Origin: Gallionellaceae bacterium UBA2239
GTDB taxonomy: Bacteria > Pseudomonadota > Gammaproteobacteria > Burkholderiales > UBA9220
Assembly (NCBI GenBank): GCA_002347615.1
Contig: DDYH01000022.1
Coordinates: 1,578-65,577 of the forward strand
Direction of reading: 5' to 3'
DNA: 64,000 nt
Translations under genes and position numbers: made by a program
Shown: positions 58,145-64,000 of the stretch, in pieces
Layout: the number at the start of each line of letters is the position of its first letter
Numbering within the stretch: position 1 is the first letter of the stretch
Notes under the pieces: generated by a model
Seen by the model: the letters and a program-made list of their open reading frames with translations, nothing else
Told to the model about the DNA's origin: nothing
Databases searched by the model: none

Positions 58145-59299
58145 ATGGCTGCGGAAAACCTGATTTCCTATCTGTTCCCCTTACAAGGGGCGACCACCCG
58201 TCGCGAGCGCTGGGTGTCCGGCGTGGGCGGCTTCCTGGCGATCTTCGCCGCCACCTGGATCACCCACATTTTCGTCGGCCCCGTGGCGCTGCCCTTCATG
58301 CTGGCGTCCATGGGCGCCTCCACCGTCCTGCTGATGGGGGCGCCCCACAGCCCCTTGTCCCAGCCCTGGGCCTTTGCCGGGGGGCACCTGGTTTCCGCCG
58401 CCATCGGCGTGACGGTGGCCGCCCACGTGCCCAACGTCTACGTCGCGGCGGGGCTGGCCGTGGGCGGGGCGATCTTCGCCATGTACCAGCTGCGCTGCCT
58501 CCATCCCCCCGGCGGGGCCACGGCGCTGCTGACCATCATCGGCGACCAGCGCATCCACGCCCTGGGCTACCACTTCATCCTGGTGCCGGTGATGGCCAAC
58601 GTGGCGGTATTGCTGGCGGCGGCCCTGGTGGTGAACTGGCTGATTCCCGGCCGGCGCTACCCTTATGGGGCGCACCTGCACGCCAAGGAAACCGCCCCAA
58701 GCAGCCAACAGCCGGCGGTGGAACTGGGCTTCGGCGAAGACGACCTGCACGCCGCCATGCAGGAGATGGACGGCTATGTCGACATCGCGGAAGAGGACCT
58801 GGAACGGATCTACTCCCTCGCCGTCCTCCATGCCCAGCGCCGGCGCACCGGCAACATCCGCCTGGGGGACATCATGACCCGGGAGGTGGCGAGCGTCGGC
58901 CCCGACACCCCGCTGGAAAAGGTGTGGCGCCTCCTGCAGGAACAGGGCATCCGCGGCGTGCCGGTGGTGGACAAGGAGCGGCGGGTGGTGGGCATGCTGA
59001 CCATCGCCGATTTCCTGCGCACGGCGGACTGGCGGCTGTGCGACTCCCTGGCCCGGCGGGCGAAAAGCCTGTTTTCCCGCCGCTGCGGCCAGGTGGCCGA
59101 GCGCATCATGACCCCCCCCATCGCCCTGGGCCGGGAGCCCATGCACCTGACGGAAGCGTTCCGGCTCTTTGCCGAAAAAGGGGTCAACCACTTGCCCGTG
59201 GTGGACGCGGAAGGGCGGCTGGCGGGCATGCTCACCCGGCCCGGCCTGCTGGCCGCGCTTTACGGGGACGCCGGCACCCTGTCTCTCCAACCCGATTAG
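58145..59299 (+). CDS. HPP family membrane protein fused to a CBS domain pair
   Basis: N-terminal HPP-type TM region (ASMGASTVLLMGAPHSPLSQPWAFAGGH). The C-terminus has two CBS modules. ATG at 58145 is preferred. Confidence 0.75.
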   Translation: MAAENLISYLFPLQGATTRRERWVSGVGGFLAIFAATWITHIFVGPVALPFMLASMGASTVLLMGAPHSPLSQPWAFAGGHLVSAAIGVTVAAHVPNVYVAAGLAVGGAIFAMYQLRCLHPPGGATALLTIIGDQRIHALGYHFILVPVMANVAVLLAAALVVNWLIPGRRYPYGAHLHAKETAPSSQQPAVELGFGEDDLHAAMQEMDGYVDIAEEDLERIYSLAVLHAQRRRTGNIRLGDIMTREVASVGPDTPLEKVWRLLQEQGIRGVPVVDKERRVVGMLTIADFLRTADWRLCDSLARRAKSLFSRRCGQVAERIMTPPIALGREPMHLTEAFRLFAEKGVNHLPVVDAEGRLAGMLTRPGLLAALYGDAGTLSLQPD

Positions 59300-59334
59300 G
59301 GTTTCCACCGGGTTGCGCAGCCCTGGGGGAAACT

Positions 59335-59857
59335 ACGAAAACATATCGGGCGGGTGGCGTTGCGCAAGCTGGAGCAAGCTTGGCCTGGCCCTGCGGCTGG
59401 AGGATTTGCGCATCCCGCCGGGCAACCGGCTGGAGCGGCTTTCAGGGGGCAGGGAAGGACAACACGGCATCCGCGTCAACGACCAATGGCGTGTCTGTTT
59501 CCGTTTTGAGGACGGCCAGGCCTTCGATGTCGGGATCGTGGATTACCCACTGAGGAGGTCGAGCATGAAGCGAGAAGTGGCGCCCGTGTCGCCGGGCGAA
59601 ATGCTGCTGGAGGAGTTCCTCAAGCCCATGGGCACCGGCTGGCCAAGGAAATCGGCGTGCCGCCCCAGCGCATCAGCGGGATCGTGGCGGGAAAGCGGGC
59701 CGTTACGGCGGATGCCGGCCTGCGCCTGTGCCGTTTTTTCGGGCTTTCGGACGGCTGGTGGCTGCGCTGCCAAGCCAAATACGATACCGAAATCGCGCGG
59801 GATAAACTGGGCGTGGCGCTGGAAAAAATCCGGCCGAGGGAGAGGGCGGCGGCATAG
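59335..59857 (+). pseudogene. higBA: Decayed higB-higA toxin-antitoxin pair
   Basis: The HigB-like part has no start codon and needs a frame switch near 59380 (RVALRKLEQ / LALRLEDLRIPPGNRLERLSGGREGQHGIRVNDQWRVCFRFEDGQAFDVGIVDY). An extra C in tacccactga removes the expected DYH-stop. The HigA-like part MKREVAPVSPGEMLLEEFLKPMG shifts frame at about 59632 before LAKEIGVPPQRISGIVAGKRAVTADAGLRLCRFFG. Confidence 0.65.
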
Positions 59858-59906
59858 AGTTTTCAGGCTATAGGGATGGCTTGGAAAACCGCTCGCTTGA
59901 CCCAAA

Positions 59907-59937
59907 GCGAAGCGCCGCCTAATGGATAATCTGGGTT
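59907..59937. repeat. Solo right-end fragment of the MITE-like element
   Basis: gcgaagcgccgcctaatggataatctgggtt is 31/31 identical to 6817-6847. No matching left terminal repeat was seen nearby. Confidence 0.6.
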
Positions 59938-59971
59938 AAAATTCCCACCCGCATCACTTCCCCCGCAGTCC

Positions 59972-61834
59972 ATGACCACTTCCCGCAAAACGCTCGAACT
60001 GCTTGCCCCGGCCAAGAACCGGGAGTTCGGCATCGAGGCGATCAACCACGGCGCCGACGCGGTGTACATCGGCGGGCCGTCCTTCGGCGCCCGGTCCAGC
60101 GCGGGGAACGGCATCGCCGACATCGAAACCCTGGCGGCCCACGCCCACCGCTACCACGCCCGGGTGCTGGTGGCGCTGAACACCATCCTCAAGGACGAGG
60201 AACTGGAAGGTGCCCGGCGCATCGCCTGGCAGGCGTTTGAAGCCGGGGCGGACGCCCTGATCGTGCAGGACATGGGCCTGCTGGAACTGGACCTGCCCCC
60301 CATTGCGCTGCACGCCAGCACCCAGACCGACAATCGCTCGGTGGAGAAGGTGCGCTTCCTGGAGCAGGTGGGTTTCTCCCAGATCGTGCTGGCGCGGGAA
60401 TTGTCCCTGGAGGAAATCCGCGCCATCGCCGCCGAAACCTCCGCCACCCTGGAATTCTTCGTCCACGGCGCCCTGTGCGTGAGCTACAGCGGCCAGTGCT
60501 ACATCAGCCACGCCCACACCGGCCGCAGCGCCAACCGGGGCGAATGCTCCCAGGCGTGCCGCTTGCCCTATTCCCTGGCGGACGGCGACGGCAGGCTCAT
60601 CGCCCACAACCAGCACCTGCTGTCCCTCAAGGACAACGACCAGAGCGCCAACCTGCGCGCCCTGGCCGACGCCGGCATCCGCTCCTTCAAGATCGAAGGG
60701 CGGCTGAAGGACCTGTCCTACGTCAAGAACGTCACCGCCCACTACCGCACCCTGCTGGACCGGATCATGGAACAGGCGCCGGAATACCGGCCCGCTTCCT
60801 CCGGGCGCTGCGCGTTTGCCTTCACCCCCCGGCCGGAAAAGACCTTCAACCGGGAATCCACCGATTATTTCGTCACCGGGCGGCAGCTCGACATCATCAA
60901 CCCCCGCACGCCCAAATTCGCCGGCGAGCCCATCGGCAAGGTGAGCAAGGTGGGGAAGGGCTGGTTCGAGGTGGACAGCAGCGCGCCCCTGCACAACGGC
61001 GACGGCCTGTCCTATTTCGACGCCAAGAATGAACTGGCCGGGCTGCGGGTCAACCGGGCCGAAGGCAAGCGCCTCTTCCCCGCCGAAGCGGACACCGGTT
61101 TAACGGTTGGCACGCCCCTGTACCGCAACCGGGACCAGGAATTCGAGCGCCAGCTGGAAAAGAAATCCGCCGAGCGCAAGGTCCGGGTGGCCCTGCGCTT
61201 CGCCGAAACCCCCGACGGCTTCGCCCTGACCCTGACCGACGAAGACGGCGTCAGCGTCACCGAGCGCCTGCTCCACGCCAAGGAGCCGGCCCAGAACGCC
61301 GAGCGGGCCTGGGCCGCCATCCGCGAACAGCTGGGCAAGCTGGGCAACACCCTGTTCGAGGCGGTCGCCATTGACCTGGACCTGTCCGCCCCCCGGTTCC
61401 TCCCCGCCGGCGCCCTCAACGCCCTGCGCCGCCAGGCCGCCGAATCCCTGGAATCGGCGCGCCTCGCCGCCCATCCCCGCCCGCCCCGCCTGTCGGCGGC
61501 GGAACCCCCGGCCCCCTACCCGGAAACCGAACTGACCTACCTCGGCAACGTCTACAACCGGAAGGCCCGCCAGTTCTACGCCCGGCACGGCGTCAGCCTG
61601 ATGGCGCCGGCCTTCGAGGCCAACCAGGAAAAGGGCGCGGTTTCCCTCATGACCACCAAGCACTGCCTGCGCTTCAGCTTCAACCTGTGCCCCAAGCAGG
61701 TTCCCGGCACCCGCCCCGACCCCCTGACCCTGATGAACGGCAACGAAAAGCTCACCCTGCGTTTCGACTGCAAGCGCTGCGAAATGCATGTGGAGGGCAA
61801 GCTGAAGGCCGGCCGCCAGGGTGTCGGGGGATAG
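59972..61834 (+). CDS. U32 family peptidase-like protein (long form)
   Basis: ELLAPAKN...GADAVYIGGP, ELSLEEI, FVHGALCVSYSGQC...C..AC, SFKIEGRLK. 620 aa. Confidence 0.8.
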   Translation: MTTSRKTLELLAPAKNREFGIEAINHGADAVYIGGPSFGARSSAGNGIADIETLAAHAHRYHARVLVALNTILKDEELEGARRIAWQAFEAGADALIVQDMGLLELDLPPIALHASTQTDNRSVEKVRFLEQVGFSQIVLARELSLEEIRAIAAETSATLEFFVHGALCVSYSGQCYISHAHTGRSANRGECSQACRLPYSLADGDGRLIAHNQHLLSLKDNDQSANLRALADAGIRSFKIEGRLKDLSYVKNVTAHYRTLLDRIMEQAPEYRPASSGRCAFAFTPRPEKTFNRESTDYFVTGRQLDIINPRTPKFAGEPIGKVSKVGKGWFEVDSSAPLHNGDGLSYFDAKNELAGLRVNRAEGKRLFPAEADTGLTVGTPLYRNRDQEFERQLEKKSAERKVRVALRFAETPDGFALTLTDEDGVSVTERLLHAKEPAQNAERAWAAIREQLGKLGNTLFEAVAIDLDLSAPRFLPAGALNALRRQAAESLESARLAAHPRPPRLSAAEPPAPYPETELTYLGNVYNRKARQFYARHGVSLMAPAFEANQEKGAVSLMTTKHCLRFSFNLCPKQVPGTRPDPLTLMNGNEKLTLRFDCKRCEMHVEGKLKAGRQGVGG

Positions 61835-61858
61835 GAGGAGCGTTGCGCGAGAGCCCCT

Positions 61859-62698
61859 ATGGAAGTCCGGCGTCGATTGGCGCAGAATGAAAAAGTAGAA
61901 TTTCGAAGCAAGGCGGTTAAATTGAAAAGCTGTTCTATCGATTCCTTCGCCTGGGCGGGCGTGCAGTACCCCACCGTAGCGTGCGCCACCTGCGAGCTGT
62001 GCGACCTGTGGTGCCAGCCCATCCGGGACAATCCCGAGCGTTACAACTCCCTCGAATGGTTCAAGAACCGGCGCACCAAGATTCGCCGTGGCGAATACCT
62101 GTTCCACGCCGGCGAACCTTTCCGCTCCCTGTATGCGCTGCGCGCCGGCTTCCTCAAGGTGTTTTTCGTCAGCCAGGGCCGGGAACACGTCACCGGCTTC
62201 TACATGGCGGGGGAGCTGGTGGGGCTGGACGCCATCCACGCCGCCCGGCACACCTGCAGCGCCGTGGCGCTGGAGGACGGGCAGGTGTGCGAAGTGCCCT
62301 TCGAGCAGTTGGAGAAGCTGTGCCTGGATCTGCCTGCTTCCCAGCATCGCCTCCATCGCTTCATGAGCCGCGAAATCACCCGCCACTACGAAATGGTGGC
62401 GGAACTGGTGGGGAAAACCGTGGAAGAGCGCATGGCGGCCTTCCTTCTCAACCTGTCGAAACGCTTCTCCGAGCACCGCTATTCCCCCACCCAGTTCCAA
62501 CTGCGCATGAAGCGGGATGAAATCGGCAACTACCTGGGCATGACGGTGGAAACCGTCAGCCGCACTCTGCGCAAGTTCCACGCCGCCGGCCTGATTTCGG
62601 TCCGCGGCAAGCAATTGGAACTGCTGGACCTCGACGGCCTGCACCGGACCGCCAACCGCGACGAACTTCCCTCGGCTTCCCTGCCGAAACTGCGCTAA
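61859..62698 (+). CDS. fnr: FNR-type Crp/Fnr family transcriptional regulator
   Basis: N-terminal Cys cluster CATCELCDLWC, a cNMP-like barrel (LYALRAGFLKV...GFYMAGELVGLDAI) and a C-terminal HTH EIGNYLGMTVETVSRTL. The true start is probably downstream (for example TTG at 61921). Confidence 0.8.
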   Translation: MEVRRRLAQNEKVEFRSKAVKLKSCSIDSFAWAGVQYPTVACATCELCDLWCQPIRDNPERYNSLEWFKNRRTKIRRGEYLFHAGEPFRSLYALRAGFLKVFFVSQGREHVTGFYMAGELVGLDAIHAARHTCSAVALEDGQVCEVPFEQLEKLCLDLPASQHRLHRFMSREITRHYEMVAELVGKTVEERMAAFLLNLSKRFSEHRYSPTQFQLRMKRDEIGNYLGMTVETVSRTLRKFHAAGLISVRGKQLELLDLDGLHRTANRDELPSASLPKLR

Positions 62699-62823
62699 TC
62701 CCAACGTTCTTGAATACCTGGCCGATGCCCGCGAGGGCTCCGGTCGGGTCTCCCCTCGCCCCTTTACCTGACTTGCCGCGCGAAATCCCCCTCTCGGGGC
62801 CGGACCGGAAACGTCCGAAAAAT

Positions 62824-62837
62824 TTGAGGTAAATCAA
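62824..62837. promoter_or_regulatory. FNR/DNR-type box upstream of nosZ
   Basis: TTGAGgtaaATCAA is one mismatch from the TTGAT-N4-ATCAA consensus. It starts 134 nt upstream of the nosZ ATG. Confidence 0.55.
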
Positions 62838-62957
62838 GTCTGAATTGTGTCCTATAACCTAACATGCTGAAGGTGTGCGAAATCGCACAGTGGTTTGCCG
62901 CCATGCCGTAGGGTGAAAAAGAACGGTTTTCCGAAAATTTCGCGAGGAGAGAACTAA

Positions 62958-64000
62958 ATGGATACGAGCAAGGACAAGCAGGCGCCGGAAGGCGAGATAC
63001 CTCAGGATGTCAGCCGTCGCAAGTTCCTGAACACCGCAGCAATGGCAGGTTTGGCAGGGGCAGGCCTTTCGGTCGGCCTCGCGTCCTGCAAGGGCAAGAG
63101 CGAAGCCCCGGCCCCTGGTGGCGAAACCAAGGCGGCGGCGCCGGCTGCCTCCGGTGAACTCAGCCGGTATGAAGTGCCCCCCGGCCAGCTGGATAGCTAC
63201 TACGCCTTCTCCAGCGGCGGCCACTCCGGCGAAGTGCGCATCTACGGCCTGCCTTCCGGCCGCGAGCTGAAGCGCATCCCGGTGTTCAACATGGACTGCA
63301 TGGTTGGCTGGGGCATCACCAACGAATCGAAGAAGGTCATGGGCACCAAGGCCGACGGCAGCCTCAAGTACTACACCGGCGACACCCACCACGTCCACGG
63401 GTCCTACACCGACGGCACCTACAACAGCAAGTACCTGTGGGTGAACGACAAGATTCACGGCCGCCTGGCCCGCATCCGCATGGACACCATGGAGTGCGAC
63501 AAGATCACCGAACTGCCCAACGTGCAGGGCTTCCACGGCATTTTCCCGGACAAGCGCGACCCGGTGGACAGCAAGATCAACCATACCACCCGCGTCTTCT
63601 GCGGCATGGAGTTCCACACGCCCCAGCCCAACGACGGGCGGGACGTGAACGACCCGAAAAAGTACTACTGCATCTTCACCTGCGTCGATGCCGAAACCAT
63701 GGAGCCCCGCTGGCAGTGCAAGGTGGACGGCAACATGGACCTGGTGGCCACTTCTTACGACGGCAAGCTCGCCTGCGCCAACCAGTACAACATGGAAGGC
63801 GGCGTGCATTACCCCGAGATGATGTCCGCCGAGCGGGATTCCTGCGTATTCTTCGACGTGGCGCGCATCGAGGCGGCGGTGAAGGCGGGCAAGACCTTCA
63901 CCATCGGCGATTCCAAGGTGCCGGTGGTGGACGGCACCAAGGCCGCCAATACCGATCCCAAGACCGCCCTGACCTGCTATGTGCCGGTGCCCAAGAACCC
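62958..64000 (+). CDS. nosZ: Nitrous-oxide reductase, N-terminal part (runs off the window end)
   Basis: AGGAGA RBS and Tat-type leader SRRKFLNTAAMAGLAGAG. Then YYAFSSGGHSGEVRIYGLPSGRELKRIPVFN, GDTHHVHGS and KYLWVNDKIHGRLARIRMD. Translated by me; absent from the track because no stop lies in the window. Confidence 0.9.
   Translation, partial: MDTSKDKQAPEGEIPQDVSRRKFLNTAAMAGLAGAGLSVGLASCKGKSEAPAPGGETKAAAPAASGELSRYEVPPGQLDSYYAFSSGGHSGEVRIYGLPSGRELKRIPVFNMDCMVGWGITNESKKVMGTKADGSLKYYTGDTHHVHGSYTDGTYNSKYLWVNDKIHGRLARIRMDTMECDKITELPNVQGFHGIFPDKRDPVDSKINHTTRVFCGMEFHTPQPNDGRDVNDPKKYYCIFTCVDAETMEPRWQCKVDGNMDLVATSYDGKLACANQYNMEGGVHYPEMMSAERDSCVFFDVARIEAAVKAGKTFTIGDSKVPVVDGTKAANTDPKTALTCYVPVPKN

Overview
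GC-rich proteobacterial chromosome segment; the gene order looks betaproteobacterial, but that is inference only. About two thirds is ordinary housekeeping DNA, in these blocks: ftsYEX; two M16 peptidases; rsmD-coaD-ferredoxin; a dynamin-like GTPase; mutM; a GldG-type ABC exporter set; TPR-lolB-ispE-tRNA(Gln)-prs-rplY-pth-ychF; tRNA(Met)-miaB-phoH-ybeY-corC; panD/panCB; folK-pcnB; a FecCD-type ABC importer; tusE; hrpA; a U32 peptidase; fnr; and the 5' part of nosZ. Two regions stand out. (1) 20.7-30.4 kb is a roughly 9.7 kb integrase/AlpA/Prim-Pol-helicase element that resembles a phage satellite and sits directly after ychF. It carries several disrupted cargo genes, an intact hicAB pair, four dispersed copies of a 25-nt motif, and a roughly 0.9 kb stretch without convincing genes but with conspicuous secondary-structure potential. 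(2) 30.4-36.7 kb is a tightly packed minus-strand operon and my best candidate for an undescribed system. It combines a CvnD/MglA-like small GTPase and two Roadblock/LC7-type proteins with an orthodox PilZ, a FimV-like TPR membrane protein, a pseudo-receiver/Pro-rich/wHTH scaffold, a di-metal MBL protein and a leaderless PhnD-like binding protein. The window also carries two families of GC-rich palindromic repeats, one of which is inserted twice in frame inside hrpA. Other accessory items are a MITE-like element splitting a small membrane-protein gene, a decayed higBA pair, a HEPN/MNT pair and an internally deleted chaA-like gene. Many long ORFs in the supplied track are GC-driven shadow frames and are not reported. 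All functional calls come from reading motifs in the translations; no database search was run.
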